Shown here: positions 1 to 12,192 of the stretch, in pieces
Numbering within the stretch: the first letter of the stretch is position 1
Layout: the number at the start of each line of letters is the position of its first letter
Source: an uncultured delta proteobacterium
GTDB taxonomy: Bacteria; Desulfobacterota; Binatia; UBA9968
NCBI GenBank assembly: GCA_963760795.1
Contig: CAVXEP010000028.1
Span: 43,650-107,649 of the forward strand
Direction: 5' to 3'
Length of the DNA stretch: 64,000 bases
Position numbers and translations under genes: made by a program
The notes under the pieces: generated by a model
What the model saw: the letters and a program-made list of their open reading frames with translations, nothing else
What the model was told of the DNA's origin: nothing
Database searches by the model: none

Positions 1-52
1 TTTTGCCCTTCAACACATTGAGATCCGCATCGCGGTCGTAATAAACTTGCAT
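1..52 (-). CDS. ilvC: ketol-acid reductoisomerase, N-terminal fragment (runs off window)
   Basis: Manual translation MQVYYDRDADLNVLKGK is a typical IlvC N-terminus; GGAG RBS upstream; lies downstream of ilvBN. Confidence 0.85.
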   Translation of the reverse strand, partial: MQVYYDRDADLNVLKGK

Positions 53-295
53 GGAATGATTTCTCCTCTGAACTTTAGGCTTTCTACTATGCCGTTTGAC
101 CCGCCCTAAGTCAACGACAAGTATCTGTAACCAAACGAGATTTAGTTAGGCATCAGGCGGGCGAACGGAGTCCCCTGATAGCGTTATCGAGCTGATAGAC
201 CGCCAACCGATGGGTGCATCGCCATTGGCACGGAGATAACGGTTGAGGGAAGCGCGGTAATCGGCAACGGATATTGTCGTTCCGAAAGTCCCTAG

Positions 296-508
296 ATCAA
301 ACCCGGGCTCGCTGGCGCGGCGGTTAGGCGTGCGATCGTTCAGGGGAATGAAAATGCCGGTGACACCGTCGAAAAAACTGCCGACGCCATCAAAGAGGCC
401 GGTGCCAACGCCAAGGATGCCGGTGGTGGCGCAAGGGACAAGGCTGTCGATAAAGCCAAGGAAGTTGGCAAGAACGCCGCCGATAAAATGAAAGATATCA
501 TGACCTAA
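296..508 (+). pseudogene. small hydrophilic Ala/Lys/Asp-rich LEA/CsbD-like protein with no in-frame start (frameshifted or degraded 5' end)
   Basis: Open frame reads NENAGDTVEKTADAIKEAGANAKDAGGGARDKAVDKAKEVGKNAADKMKDIMT*; not in ORF track. Confidence 0.45.
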
Positions 509-541
509 CCACGCTACCGGCCCGTAAGCGAGCCCGCCGTG

Positions 542-588
542 AAAACAAAACGCCGGCCATGAATGTTCATGACCGGCGTTTTTGTTTT
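542..588. terminator. bidirectional intrinsic terminator
   Basis: AAAACAAAACGCCGGCCATGAA-TG-TTCATGACCGGCGTTTTTGTTTT inverted repeat with A and T tracts, between convergent ilvN and the small ORF. Confidence 0.75.
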
Positions 589-621
589 AGTGAACTGTTG
601 GGACGAATTGACAGCGTCGCG

Positions 622-1143
622 TCACGGTTTTAGCAAAGCCGGCTCCCGGCGTGGCGACGCGGTTCTGGTAGTTTCGCGGGCGATCGCAATCCGGCCGGTG
701 CGGATCAAGTCCTTAATTCCCAACGGCTTGAGCATGTTGATCATGGCCTCGACTTTGTCGACATCACCGGTAATTTCAATCGTGTAAGTGAACGGCGACG
801 AGTCGACGATCTTGGCGCGAAAGATTGACGCAATGCGAATCGCTTCGTCGCGGTGCTCCGGCTTGGTGTGGACTTTGATCAACACCGTCTCGCGGTCCAA
901 AAAGTCGGTTTCGGTATGATCGATGACGCTCAACACCTCGACGACTTTGTTGAGCTGCTTCATGATCTGTTCAATGATGCGGTCATCACCGACGGTCACG
1001 ATCGTGATCATCGAAGTCGTCGGGTCCAGGGTAGGCGCCACCGACAAACTCTCGATATTGTACCCTCTTGCGCTAAAAAGACCTGCGACTCTGGCTAAGA
1101 CGCCGAATTTATTTTCGACAAGAACCGATATGATATGTTCCAT
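622..1143 (-). CDS. ilvN: acetolactate synthase small (regulatory) subunit
   Basis: ACT domain VLVENKFGVLARVAGLFSARGYNIESLSV; follows ilvB. Confidence 0.95.
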   Translation of the reverse strand: MEHIISVLVENKFGVLARVAGLFSARGYNIESLSVAPTLDPTTSMITIVTVGDDRIIEQIMKQLNKVVEVLSVIDHTETDFLDRETVLIKVHTKPEHRDEAIRIASIFRAKIVDSSPFTYTIEITGDVDKVEAMINMLKPLGIKDLIRTGRIAIARETTRTASPRREPALLKP

Positions 1144-1155
1144 TCGCTAACTATA

Positions 1156-2937
1156 TCAGGCAGGAAGAACCCCCTCGCCTTCATCCACCTTTCTCTTATG
1201 TACTGTTCCACCCTTGCGCGCTTGAATGAGTTCCGGCGGGTCTTCGAGCATCATTTCATGCTGCGCTCCGCCGGCGGGAATCATCGGATAGCAATTTTCG
1301 AACGGATCGGTATGAATGTCCATCAACACCGGCCCCTTGTGCTTTAACCCTTCTTTGAGAACCCCTTCGACTTCGCCGGGCTTCAGCGCGCGCAAGCCTT
1401 TAATGCCATAGGCATCGGCAAGCTTCACGAAGTCCGGCTTATTTCCCAGCAGACTCGCCGAATAGCGGCTCTCGTAAAATAGGTCTTGCCACTGGCGCAC
1501 CATGCCGTGCACGCCGTTGTTGAGCAAAACGATCTTCACCGGTAGGTTATGTTCGGCCGCCACCACCAGCTCCTGCAGATTCATCTGAAAACTGCCTTCG
1601 CTGGTGATACAAACCACCTGGCGGTTGGGGAACGCGACCTGGGCGCCGATGGCGGCTGGGAAACCAAAACCCATGGTGCCCAAACCACCCGAGGTAAGCC
1701 ACGTGCGCGGCTTTTTTCCTTTGAAATACTGTGCCGCGAACATCTGGTGCTGGCCGACATCGGTGGCGACGATGGCTTCATGCTTGGTCAGCTCGTAGAG
1801 CTTCTCGACAACATACTGCGGCTTGGTGATCTTATCGTCTTGCTTGTAAACCAGCGGATGCTCTTTCTTCCAAGCATTGATCTGCTTGAGCCATGGCGCG
1901 CGCCGCGCTTTCATTGCGGTCGGGTTACCGTCCAGCGAACGCAACACAACGTTCATCTGGCGCAGCACCGATTTGACATCACCGACGATCGGAATATGGG
2001 CATGAAACGTCTTGCGTATCGACGTCGGATCGATATCGATATGAATGACCCGGGCCTCGGGGCAAAATTCCGAGAGTTTGCCGGTGACGCGATCGTCGAA
2101 CCGAGCGCCCACGGCGATCAATAAATCTGCCTGGTGCATCGCCATGTTGCTCCAGTAGCCACCATGCATTCCCAACATCCCCAAGGATAGCTCGTGGGTT
2201 CCAGGGAAGGTACCGAGCCCCATTAGCGTCATGGTCACAGGAATTTGCGTGATCTCAGCGAGCTCGCGGACCTCGTCGGCAGCATCGCCAAACACCGCGC
2301 CGCCGCCGACGTAGATGATCGCCCTCTTCGCCGTCATGATCGCTTCAGCCGCTTGCTTGATCTGCGATTTATCGCCGCCGGTGAACGGGCGATAGCCGCG
2401 CAAATTGATCTTGTCAGGATATTTGAATTCAGCCTTGGCCATACTGACATCTTTGGGGATATCGACCAAAACCGGCCCCGGTCTGCCGCTGGTCGCGATG
2501 TAAAACGCTTCCTTCACCGCTTGAGCGAGATCGTTCACGTCTTTCACCAACACGTTATGCTTAGTGCAGGGGCGGCTGATTCCGACATTATCGGCTTCTT
2601 GGAACGCATCGTTGCCGATCAGATCGGTGGAAACTTGCCCGGTGAAAGCGACCAACGGCACCGAGTCCATGTGCGCGTCGGCCAAGCCGGTGACAATATT
2701 CGTCATGCCGGGCCCGGAAGTCACCAGCACCACGCCAGCCTTGCCGGTCGCCTTGGCATAGCCCTCGGCCATATGGGCTGCACCCTGCTCATGGCGAGTC
2801 AAGATCAACTGCAAATCTTTGCGCTGGCACAAGACATCGAAAATTTTCAGGACGACGCCGCCGGGCAAACCGAAAATAGTTTTCACCCCTTCGCGGCGCA
2901 GCGATTCGCAAAAAATTTCTGCTCCGGTAATTTTCAT
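1156..2937 (-). CDS. ilvB: acetolactate synthase large subunit
   Basis: RHEQGAAHMA, TSGPGMTN, SGRPGPVLVDIPKD, SGGLGTMGFG motifs; 593 aa. Confidence 0.96.
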   Translation of the reverse strand: MKITGAEIFCESLRREGVKTIFGLPGGVVLKIFDVLCQRKDLQLILTRHEQGAAHMAEGYAKATGKAGVVLVTSGPGMTNIVTGLADAHMDSVPLVAFTGQVSTDLIGNDAFQEADNVGISRPCTKHNVLVKDVNDLAQAVKEAFYIATSGRPGPVLVDIPKDVSMAKAEFKYPDKINLRGYRPFTGGDKSQIKQAAEAIMTAKRAIIYVGGGAVFGDAADEVRELAEITQIPVTMTLMGLGTFPGTHELSLGMLGMHGGYWSNMAMHQADLLIAVGARFDDRVTGKLSEFCPEARVIHIDIDPTSIRKTFHAHIPIVGDVKSVLRQMNVVLRSLDGNPTAMKARRAPWLKQINAWKKEHPLVYKQDDKITKPQYVVEKLYELTKHEAIVATDVGQHQMFAAQYFKGKKPRTWLTSGGLGTMGFGFPAAIGAQVAFPNRQVVCITSEGSFQMNLQELVVAAEHNLPVKIVLLNNGVHGMVRQWQDLFYESRYSASLLGNKPDFVKLADAYGIKGLRALKPGEVEGVLKEGLKHKGPVLMDIHTDPFENCYPMIPAGGAQHEMMLEDPPELIQARKGGTVHKRKVDEGEGVLPA

Positions 2938-2963
2938 GGGACTCCTTAGCTCCGGCCGCCGAA

Positions 2964-3182
2964 CTAACGGTGCTTGCCGAGCAGCTCCATCATCTTGTCT
3001 TTGCCGACAAGCTTAAGTTTTTGGATACGTTTCATTTCAACTTCTTCATCCGCCGACAAATGCACTTTATGCTGAAATGCGGCAAGTTGCTTCTCAAGGG
3101 CTAGGTGCTCATCGTAGTATTTCTTAAGCTCTGGATCCTTATCCAGCAGGGAGACGATCACCGTTTCTTCACTAATTTCCAT
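2964..3182 (-). CDS. DUF465/YdcH-family small coiled-coil protein
   Basis: 72 aa with H..LEKQL and KLKLVGKDKM patterns; GGAGG RBS. Confidence 0.75.
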   Translation of the reverse strand: MEISEETVIVSLLDKDPELKKYYDEHLALEKQLAAFQHKVHLSADEEVEMKRIQKLKLVGKDKMMELLGKHR

Positions 3183-3224
3183 AATAGCGGCCTCCTTTGG
3201 GAAATCTTAATTCTGAGCGGGCTC

Positions 3225-3253
3225 AATTTAACTTACGGTCAGTAGATTGTCAA
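3225..3253 (-). promoter_or_regulatory. sigma70-type promoter for DUF465-ilvBN
   Basis: TTGACA-17 nt-TAAATT on minus strand. Confidence 0.6.
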
Positions 3254-3269
3254 CGTGGCTTTCTCTTTA

Positions 3270-4016
3270 TTATTTCAACGAGTTAGGGACAAATCCGTGA
3301 GTATTTCCGAGGCCCAAATAAGCACCTAAATAGACCGGCACCAGCTGGCCTAAATCACCCCCGGGAGCGTCGGCAAAGCGCTCAAGCGCTAAACGCGCCA
3401 CCGCGTGGGCTGCACTCTCGGCACCAGCTTCGCCAATGAGCTGAGCCCGCCCATCGAACATGCGCAGTAACTCCTCGCGATAACGTTCGGCACCAGCGCC
3501 AACAAAAGCGATTGGCGGCGCTAGAGGTGCTGGATCGAAAAGGGTTGCGAGGGTGGTGATTGCACACGCCCGATCGGCCATCCGGCGCAGCAGGATGCCA
3601 TCGCGCCGATCGAATAAGGCGGCGTAGACTTCTTGCTTGCGCGCGTCGAGCAACGGACAGATAGGCCCGGCCAAATCTTGCACACGCGCGGCTTGCGCCT
3701 CGAGGCTTGACACCCCAATGACCGGCAAGTTGCCGTCGTAGGCCAAGCCTTTGACGAGAGCGAGACCGATGCGCAATCCGGTATACGAACCGGGACCGAT
3801 GGCTATGGCAATAGCGCCGAGCTCAGCAATCCGGCACTCGGCTTTGTCGAGCACCGCTTGGATTTGCAACAAAACGGTCTCTGAGTGGTTACCCCTAGCA
3901 CCGGCTAAGCCGATTGAAATTTCGCGCCCATCACCGGCTTCGGCGATCAGTTGGTCGTCTTCGATTAAAGCAACACCGGCGGTGGTTGTGGAGGTGTCAA
4001 CGCCCAGTATCCTCAT
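3270..4016 (-). CDS. tsaB: tRNA threonylcarbamoyladenosine biosynthesis protein TsaB
   Basis: ILGVDTST, GPGSYTGLRIG, LDARKQEVY motifs. Confidence 0.93.
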   Translation of the reverse strand: MRILGVDTSTTTAGVALIEDDQLIAEAGDGREISIGLAGARGNHSETVLLQIQAVLDKAECRIAELGAIAIAIGPGSYTGLRIGLALVKGLAYDGNLPVIGVSSLEAQAARVQDLAGPICPLLDARKQEVYAALFDRRDGILLRRMADRACAITTLATLFDPAPLAPPIAFVGAGAERYREELLRMFDGRAQLIGEAGAESAAHAVARLALERFADAPGGDLGQLVPVYLGAYLGLGNTHGFVPNSLK

Positions 4017-5095
4017 CCACCGACCTGCTTCTCGAAAAACCGCACGATGTCGTTGTAAAAGGCGTAAACCATCAACAAGGCCAGCAGACAGATACCGACC
4101 TGCTGGGCCATCTCGCGCACACGCACCGAGACCGGTTTGCGAATCACCGCCTCGACCAGAAAGAATAACAAGTGGCCACCATCGAGCACCGGCACCGGCA
4201 AGAGATTTAGCACGCCCAAATTGATGCTCAGCACGGCGAGGAAATGGAGAAAGTTCCCGACCCCCTCTTGGGCCTGCTGCCCGGCCATCTGAGCGATCAG
4301 AATCGGACCGCCGATATTCTTGGGCGAGACATCGCCCGTGATCATTTTGTAAAAAGCCAGGAGCGTAATCTTGATGTAGTCCCAGGTTTGCGTAAAAGCT
4401 CTACCGATGGCGAGCCCCGGCTTGCCTTTTTCGATGGTGCCCTGACTGCCGATACCAATCATCCAGTCGTCTTTACGCTCGCCAAAAATGTTGCGGCCCT
4501 CTTTTTTTGTCGGCTGCACCGTCACCTTGACCGTTTCGCTGCCACGGCGAATTTCTAGATTTATAGGCTTGCCCTGACTGCCTTTGATGGTTTGCGATAG
4601 CGCCTCCCACTCCGCCACCGTCTTACCGTCTATGGCGACAATCCGATCGCCTTTGGCGACACCGGCCTGTTCCGCCGGCGACCCCTTCTCCACACCACTG
4701 ACCAGCGTCGACATTACCGGCACGCCGTAAAAAACAAACACCAGCATGAGTAGCAAGACCGCCAACATCAAATTAAATCCCGGGCCGGCAAAGACGATGG
4801 CGCAACGTTTGAATAGACTCTTGTGCGCGAAGGATCTTTCCCTGTCGGCTTGAGCAACTTCTTCGTCCGGATCTTCGCCGATCATTTTGACGTATCCGCC
4901 CAAGGGAAACGCGCTCAAGGCGTACTCGGTTTCGCCTTTCTTGCGAACGAACAGCTTGGGGCCGAAGCCGACGGAAAAGGTCAGCACGCCGACCCCGGAT
5001 AGCTTGGCGATTAGGAAATGGCCGAACTCATGAAATACGATGAGCAAACCCAAACCGACCACAGCTGAACCGATCGAATAAAGAACACTTTCCAT
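4013..5095 (-). CDS. rseP: RIP metalloprotease RseP
   Basis: HEFGH, GGYVKM, PDZ domain, NLLPVPVLDGG. Confidence 0.95.
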   Translation of the reverse strand: MESVLYSIGSAVVGLGLLIVFHEFGHFLIAKLSGVGVLTFSVGFGPKLFVRKKGETEYALSAFPLGGYVKMIGEDPDEEVAQADRERSFAHKSLFKRCAIVFAGPGFNLMLAVLLLMLVFVFYGVPVMSTLVSGVEKGSPAEQAGVAKGDRIVAIDGKTVAEWEALSQTIKGSQGKPINLEIRRGSETVKVTVQPTKKEGRNIFGERKDDWMIGIGSQGTIEKGKPGLAIGRAFTQTWDYIKITLLAFYKMITGDVSPKNIGGPILIAQMAGQQAQEGVGNFLHFLAVLSINLGVLNLLPVPVLDGGHLLFFLVEAVIRKPVSVRVREMAQQVGICLLALLMVYAFYNDIVRFFEKQVGG

Positions 5096-5121
5096 CGCGA
5101 TACTCCTCTAGATAAACTCGA

Positions 5122-6270
5122 CTAATTAACGTAAGCCGATGCAACCTCGCGGGCCCAGCGGTCGATATCGATGACGTCGTCGACGTTCTTGGCGTGCGTA
5201 GTTTGATGCCGCTGCATGGTTCGATCAATTATACGATGAATTTCGCGAAATCCTATCCTACCTGCCAAAAAAGCCGCCACCGCCACCTCGTTGGCTGCGT
5301 TAAGCACCGCGGGCATGGTGCCGCCCTCAATTAACGCTGCGTAGGCTAACGCGAGAGCGGGAAAGCGTTTTTTCTCCACTGGTAGGAAGTTAAGCTCGCC
5401 ATGCTTGGTCAAATCAAGCGGCTCCCAACTGCCCTTGAGACGGTGCGGATAGGCCAACGCATACGCGATCGGTATGCGCATGTCGGCAATGCCCAATTGC
5501 GCCATGATCGCGCCGTCTTGATAACGCACCATTGAATGGACAACGCTCTGCGGGTGGATCACCACTTGAATACCGCTCGGTTCCATGTCGAATTCCCAGC
5601 GCGCCTCGACGACTTCCAATCCTTTGTTCATCATCGTAGCCGAATCGATGGTAATCTTCCGGCCCATTTTCCAGTTGGGATGCTTGAGCGCCTGGTTGAT
5701 TGAGACCTTTGCCAAACGATTGAGCGGTGTGCGCAGGAACGGCCCGCCCGACGCGGTCAAGATGAGCCTGTCGACGTCGCTGCGCTGGTTCCCTTGCAAG
5801 CACTGAAAGATCGCGCTGTGCTCGCTATCCACCGGCAAAAGCCGCACGCCCTTTTTCTTGGCCGCCATGACAAACAACTCGCCGGCCATGACCAACGCTT
5901 CCTTGTTGGCTAGAGCGATTTCTTTACCGGCTATTAAACCCTGTAGCGTCGGCATAAGCCCAGCAGCGCCAACGATCGCCGCTAATACAACGTCTACTTT
6001 AGATAGGGTGGCCACGACGATGGCCCCGGCTTGGCCGGATAAGATTTCAACTTTATGCTTGCCCAACAATTTGCGCAGCGGCGCGATATCTTCCTCGCGC
6101 TCGATGGCTACAACTGCCGGGGAAAATTCTATTATTTGCCGGGCCAGCAATGGCATATTGCGGCCCGCCACCATGCCATGGACTTTGAAGCGCTCGGGAA
6201 ATTCACGGACCAGCGCCAGGGTGCTAACGCCGATTGATCCAGTGGAACCCAACAGGGCGATTGTTCTCAT
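5122..6270 (-). CDS. dxr: 1-deoxy-D-xylulose 5-phosphate reductoisomerase
   Basis: LGSTGSIG, LANKE, PVDSEHSA, HPNWKMGRKITIDSATMMNKGLE. Confidence 0.97.
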   Translation of the reverse strand: MRTIALLGSTGSIGVSTLALVREFPERFKVHGMVAGRNMPLLARQIIEFSPAVVAIEREEDIAPLRKLLGKHKVEILSGQAGAIVVATLSKVDVVLAAIVGAAGLMPTLQGLIAGKEIALANKEALVMAGELFVMAAKKKGVRLLPVDSEHSAIFQCLQGNQRSDVDRLILTASGGPFLRTPLNRLAKVSINQALKHPNWKMGRKITIDSATMMNKGLEVVEARWEFDMEPSGIQVVIHPQSVVHSMVRYQDGAIMAQLGIADMRIPIAYALAYPHRLKGSWEPLDLTKHGELNFLPVEKKRFPALALAYAALIEGGTMPAVLNAANEVAVAAFLAGRIGFREIHRIIDRTMQRHQTTHAKNVDDVIDIDRWAREVASAYVN

Positions 6271-7073
6271 GGATGAATGACCTTTAAATAAAATGTTGCG
6301 AAGACTACCGGAAAAATCAAACTATCGAGCCGATCCAAAACCCCGCCATGGCCAGGCAATAACTCACCGGAATCCTTGACGGCGAACGCGCGCTTGATCA
6401 AAGACTCAAAAAGATCGCCGATCTGGCCTAGGACACTGAGGACTAGCGAGAGCATGACGATTTCCAAGATTCCCGCGGGCAACGATAGTACCGCCATGGC
6501 GCCCAGACCGACGACGATGCTGCCGATCATATAGGCGACCGAGCCTTCGACCGTTTTGCTCGGACTGAGCTGTGGCGCCAGCTTCCGCTGGCCAAAATGC
6601 TTGCCGATGAAATAGGCCGAGGAATCGCCAGCCATGATGACCACCAACACAAAGGCCACCCAGGCCCGGCCATCTTTAAGCTGAAACAACAGGGTCAACT
6701 GCGGGACGAGAAAGCCGATGTACAACCCACCGAGCAATGTCCAACTCAACCGGTTGAAGCACTCCGTGAGCGACCCGCCTGACCATAACACGCTAGAGAA
6801 TAGTAATATCAAGAGCAGACTAAGCCCAAATGCCGTTGCCGACGCGGGAACTACCATGACGGTCAGACCGATGGCACTACCGAATAGAATACCGCCCCAC
6901 TGCCGCCCGGGATCGCCGGGACAGATCATCGCGAAGTACTCTTGCAATGCAGCAACGGTAAGCACAAAAAAGGTTAGCGAAAAGAGCCACGGCGCGCCCC
7001 AGCCAACCAACCAGCCCAAAAGCGGCAGCCCCACAGCGGCGGTGGCAATCCGCGCTTTAAGATTTCGGTCCAC
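6267..7073 (-). CDS. cdsA: phosphatidate cytidylyltransferase
   Basis: SPSKTVEG, GDLFESLIKR, KDSG..LPGHGGVLDRLDS; GTG start at 7073 chosen after GGAGG. Confidence 0.92.
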   Translation of the reverse strand: MDRNLKARIATAAVGLPLLGWLVGWGAPWLFSLTFFVLTVAALQEYFAMICPGDPGRQWGGILFGSAIGLTVMVVPASATAFGLSLLLILLFSSVLWSGGSLTECFNRLSWTLLGGLYIGFLVPQLTLLFQLKDGRAWVAFVLVVIMAGDSSAYFIGKHFGQRKLAPQLSPSKTVEGSVAYMIGSIVVGLGAMAVLSLPAGILEIVMLSLVLSVLGQIGDLFESLIKRAFAVKDSGELLPGHGGVLDRLDSLIFPVVFATFYLKVIHP

Positions 7074-7836
7074 CCGCCTCCAACATGGCCATCGGGTTTT
7101 GCGCCAGTTGTTCATCGGTGCGGCCAAAACGGCGGCGCCGCCGTTGATAATCGAGCAGCGCCTGGAGATATTCTTTCTCGCGAAAATCCGGCCACAGTGT
7201 CGGTGTGATATAAAGCTCGCTGTAGGCGATCTGCCACAGAAAAAAATTGCTGATACGCATCTCGCCGCTAGTGCGAATCAAGAGATCGGGATCGGGCACC
7301 CCCGCGGTGTCGAGCTGGGAGGAAATCCACTGCTCAGTGATAGCCTCCGGTTCACACTGCCCGGCTTTCACCTGCTGCGCCAAGTTTCTTGCCATACGCA
7401 CGATATCGTCCCGGCCGCTGTAACTGAGTGCCAGGACGACAGTCATGCGCTGGTTGTTCGCCGTGGTTGCAATGACACTCTCCAGGGTGCACCGCACGCC
7501 AGCGGGCAACCGGCTGCGGTCGCCCACGGTTAGCAGGCGAATGCCATAACGCATCATCTTGGCCTGCTCCGCCACGAGATAATGTTCCAGCAACCCCATC
7601 AAGGCCTCGACCTCGTCGTCGGGACGAAACCAGTTTTCGGTGGAAAAAGCGTAGAGGGAAAGGTAGCGGATGCCGATCTTTCGGCTCATCTCGACAATGA
7701 CGCGCACCGAGGTTTTACCGCGCCGATGTCCTTCAATGCGATGCTTATGCCGTTGGGTTGCCCAGCGCCCGTTGCCGTCCATGATGATGGCGACATGTTG
7801 CGGCAAACGGCTCTTATCGAGACCGTCTAACTCCAC
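7057..7836 (-). CDS. uppS: undecaprenyl diphosphate synthase
   Basis: HVAIIMDGNGRWA, YAFSTENW, DLLIRTSGEMRISNF. Confidence 0.97.
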   Translation of the reverse strand: MELDGLDKSRLPQHVAIIMDGNGRWATQRHKHRIEGHRRGKTSVRVIVEMSRKIGIRYLSLYAFSTENWFRPDDEVEALMGLLEHYLVAEQAKMMRYGIRLLTVGDRSRLPAGVRCTLESVIATTANNQRMTVVLALSYSGRDDIVRMARNLAQQVKAGQCEPEAITEQWISSQLDTAGVPDPDLLIRTSGEMRISNFFLWQIAYSELYITPTLWPDFREKEYLQALLDYQRRRRRFGRTDEQLAQNPMAMLEAGGPKS

Positions 7837-7941
7837 GGCAACCTGCCTAGATAAGCGTTCATCGGTAAATGAGAAAAGTATCGTCGAGAGGGTGACGTCG
7901 GATAGGGCACAAGGAAGGCAAGGAAAAATTGCGACGTCGGG

Positions 7942-9239
<1,298 letters not shown>

Positions 9240-9246
9240 CTACGCG

Positions 9247-9855
9247 CTAGTCCTTCGCCACCCCTTCGCCAAGGTGATAACGGGCAAAGCGGCGCACCTG
9301 AATATTCTCACCCAGCCGCGCGATCGCATCGTTGACGACATCGATGACTTTCTTGTCGGGATCTTTAACAAACGACTGTTCCAGCAAGCAGGCTTCGGAG
9401 TAAAACTTCTCCATTTTGCCCTGGACAATCATCTCGACGACTTTTTCCGGCTTGCCGGACTCTAGCGCTTGTTGGCGATAGATAGCCTTTTCGCGCTCGA
9501 ATTCGTCGGCTGAGACTTCCTCACGGCGGACGCAACGCGGATTGGTCGCCGCGACTTGCATGGCGACATCCTTCAGCAAACTTTGGAATTCCGCGGTTCG
9601 CGCGACGAAATCGGTCTCGCAATTGATTTCGACCAAGACGCCAAGCTTGCCGCCGGCATGGACATAAGCGCCAATGGCGCCATCTGTAGCCAGGCGATCG
9701 GCTTTCTTTGCCGCCGCGGCCAACCCCTTTTGACGCAAATAATCGACCGCCTTTGGCAAATCCCCAGAGGTCTCGGCAAGCGCTTTTTTACAATCCATCA
9801 TCCCGGCTCCGGTTTTTTCCCGAAGCTCTTTGACTAAACTCGCTGTCACTTCCAT
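9247..9855 (-). CDS. tsf: elongation factor Ts (short form)
   Basis: VKELREKTGAGMMDCKKAL, EINCETDFVA. Confidence 0.97.
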   Translation of the reverse strand: MEVTASLVKELREKTGAGMMDCKKALAETSGDLPKAVDYLRQKGLAAAAKKADRLATDGAIGAYVHAGGKLGVLVEINCETDFVARTAEFQSLLKDVAMQVAATNPRCVRREEVSADEFEREKAIYRQQALESGKPEKVVEMIVQGKMEKFYSEACLLEQSFVKDPDKKVIDVVNDAIARLGENIQVRRFARYHLGEGVAKD

Positions 9856-9860
9856 GTCGC

Positions 9861-10637
9861 CTAAACTCCTCCGACCGCGCTTTCCATCGTCACCGCGGCG
9901 CCATCACCCGCCTGCCGGTCATCAACCTTATCCTTCACCAAGGACTGCTCGTACATCGTTCGCCCTTCAATCACCGCCTCGGCGATCGCCGAGCAGAACA
10001 ATCGAATCGCCCGGATCGCGTCGTCATTGCCGGGCACCTTGTAATCGATCATATCTGGATCGCAATTACTGTCGATCACCGCGATCACCGGGACACCGAG
10101 CTTACGTGCCTCTTTGACGGCGATTTCTTCTTGTTTCGGATCGATGACAAAAATGGCGTCGGGCAGCTTCTTCATCGCCTTGATTCCACCCAGCGATTGC
10201 TCCAGCTTGTCCTTTTCGCGGCTCAGACCGAGCATTTCTTTCTTGGTTAGCGCATCGACGACCTTAGGATCATTCTCCATCTCCTCGATCTTGCGCAATC
10301 GTTCGATGCTCTGGCGAATCGTCGTAAAGTTGGTTAGCGTACCGCCGAGCCAGCGGTTGTGGACATAGTACATGCCGCAGCGGGTCGCTTCTTCGCGGAT
10401 CGCATCCTGGGCTTGCTTCTTGGTGCCGACAAACAGCACATGGCCGCCGGAAGCCGCCAAGTCACGCACCACCGCTTCGAGATCCTTGAACATCGACACC
10501 GTCTGCTGCAGATCGATGATGTGAATGCCATTACGCGCACCGAAGATGTAAGGCTTCATCTTCGGGTTCCACCGGCTGGTCTGGTGCCCGAAATGGACAC
10601 CTGCCTCCAGCAACTGTTTCATAGTAATCTCTGCCAT
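9861..10637 (-). CDS. rpsB: 30S ribosomal protein S2
   Basis: [27 protein letters not shown]; ATG 10637 after AAGGAG. Confidence 0.97.
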   Translation of the reverse strand: MAEITMKQLLEAGVHFGHQTSRWNPKMKPYIFGARNGIHIIDLQQTVSMFKDLEAVVRDLAASGGHVLFVGTKKQAQDAIREEATRCGMYYVHNRWLGGTLTNFTTIRQSIERLRKIEEMENDPKVVDALTKKEMLGLSREKDKLEQSLGGIKAMKKLPDAIFVIDPKQEEIAVKEARKLGVPVIAVIDSNCDPDMIDYKVPGNDDAIRAIRLFCSAIAEAVIEGRTMYEQSLVKDKVDDRQAGDGAAVTMESAVGGV

Positions 10638-10644
10638 ACTGCTC

Positions 10645-10727
10645 CTTCGTGGTTTTCCCTCCCCTCGCGTCTTTTCGCCACCGCACCTAGTCTTAGGCAC
10701 CGCGATAACGATCGGCGAGGGTGTGTA
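10645..10727 (-). promoter_or_regulatory. structured rpsB 5' leader (t44/S2-leader-like)
   Basis: Minus strand CACACCCTCGC...GGTGCCTAAGACTAGGTGCGG...GCGAGGGG forms a long stem directly before the rpsB RBS. Confidence 0.55.
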
Positions 10728-10866
10728 TTGAAATTGATAAAACCTTCGGAACGTTGCCGGGCGGTCAACCCTTCAAAATCCCAAGGACGAAACTAATGAC
10801 GACGTTGCTCCGGGTTTTAACAGAGAACGCCATTTGACGCAAGTTTGGCGACTGGCGCGATGGCCC

Positions 10867-12192
10867 TTATTGATTCATCGAATCGAGAAAATCCTTGTTA
10901 GTCTTGCTGCCATGCATTTTATCGAGCAGGAATTCCATCGATTCGACGACGCTCAACTGCGACAAGACTTTGCGCAATATCCAGATGCGATTGAGATCCT
11001 CTCGCGGAATCAGCAATTCCTCTTTGCGAGTTCCAGACTTATTGATGTCGATGGCCGGGAACACCCGCTTATCCATCAAGCGCCGGTCCAAATGGACTTC
11101 CATATTGCCGGTGCCTTTGAATTCTTCAAAGATCACTTCATCCATACGGCTGCCGGTATCGATCAAGGCCGTGGCGATGATCGTTAAACTACCACCGTCT
11201 TCGATATTACGGGCGGCACCGAAGAATTTCTTGGGTTTATGCAGCGCATTCGAGTCGACACCGCCGGAGAGAATCTTGCCGCTCGGCGGCACGACGGTGT
11301 TATAGGCACGCGCCAAGCGGGTGATACTATCGAGCAAGATCACCACGTCTTTGCCATGCTCAACCAAGCGCTTGGCTTTCTCGATCACCATCTCAGCCAC
11401 TTGCACATGGCGCGTCGCCGGCTCGTCGAAGGTCGAGCTGATCACCTCACCGTTGACGGATCGCTGCATGTCGGTGACCTCTTCCGGCCGCTCGTCGATC
11501 AACAGGACGATCAACACCACCTCTGGATGATTATGCGCTATCGCTTTGGCGATATGCTGTAACATCATGGTTTTGCCGGTACGCGGCGCGGCCACGATTA
11601 AACCACGTTGACCCTTACCGATAGGCACCAACAAATCGACAATTCGGGTAGTGTAGTCGGTAGGCTGATTTTCTAAACACAAACGCTCGTTGGGATAAAG
11701 CGGCGTCAGGTTGTCGAAAAGAATCTTTTCCCGCGCGCGTTCAGGATCTTCGTAATTGATCGTCTCGACCTTGAGTAGGGCGAAATAACGTTCGCCTTCC
11801 TTGGGCGGCCGAATATGACCGGAAATAATATCGCCAGTGCGCAAGCTGAAGCGACGAATCTGGCTGGGTGAAACATAGATATCGTCCGGTCCGGGCAGAT
11901 AGTTATAATCGGGGGCGCGCAGAAAGCCGAAACCATCGGGTAGTGTTTCCAATACTCCCTCGCCATAAACATGACCGTTTTGCTCAGTCTGCGCCTGCAG
12001 GATCGCAAAGATCAGATCCTGTTTGCGCATGTTGGCGGCGCCCTCAATATTAAAGGTTTTGCCGATCAGCGCTAAGTCGCCGATCTTTTTTTCCTTGAGG
12101 GCCTTGAGATTCAACCCATTATCTTTGACGACTTCTTTGACCACCTCTTCGACGGTCTCCGGCTCGGCGGATCGAGTTCTACCACGAACCAT
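10867..12192 (-). CDS. rho: transcription termination factor Rho
   Basis: [46 protein letters not shown]. Confidence 0.98.
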   Translation of the reverse strand: MVRGRTRSAEPETVEEVVKEVVKDNGLNLKALKEKKIGDLALIGKTFNIEGAANMRKQDLIFAILQAQTEQNGHVYGEGVLETLPDGFGFLRAPDYNYLPGPDDIYVSPSQIRRFSLRTGDIISGHIRPPKEGERYFALLKVETINYEDPERAREKILFDNLTPLYPNERLCLENQPTDYTTRIVDLLVPIGKGQRGLIVAAPRTGKTMMLQHIAKAIAHNHPEVVLIVLLIDERPEEVTDMQRSVNGEVISSTFDEPATRHVQVAEMVIEKAKRLVEHGKDVVILLDSITRLARAYNTVVPPSGKILSGGVDSNALHKPKKFFGAARNIEDGGSLTIIATALIDTGSRMDEVIFEEFKGTGNMEVHLDRRLMDKRVFPAIDINKSGTRKEELLIPREDLNRIWILRKVLSQLSVVESMEFLLDKMHGSKTNKDFLDSMNQ

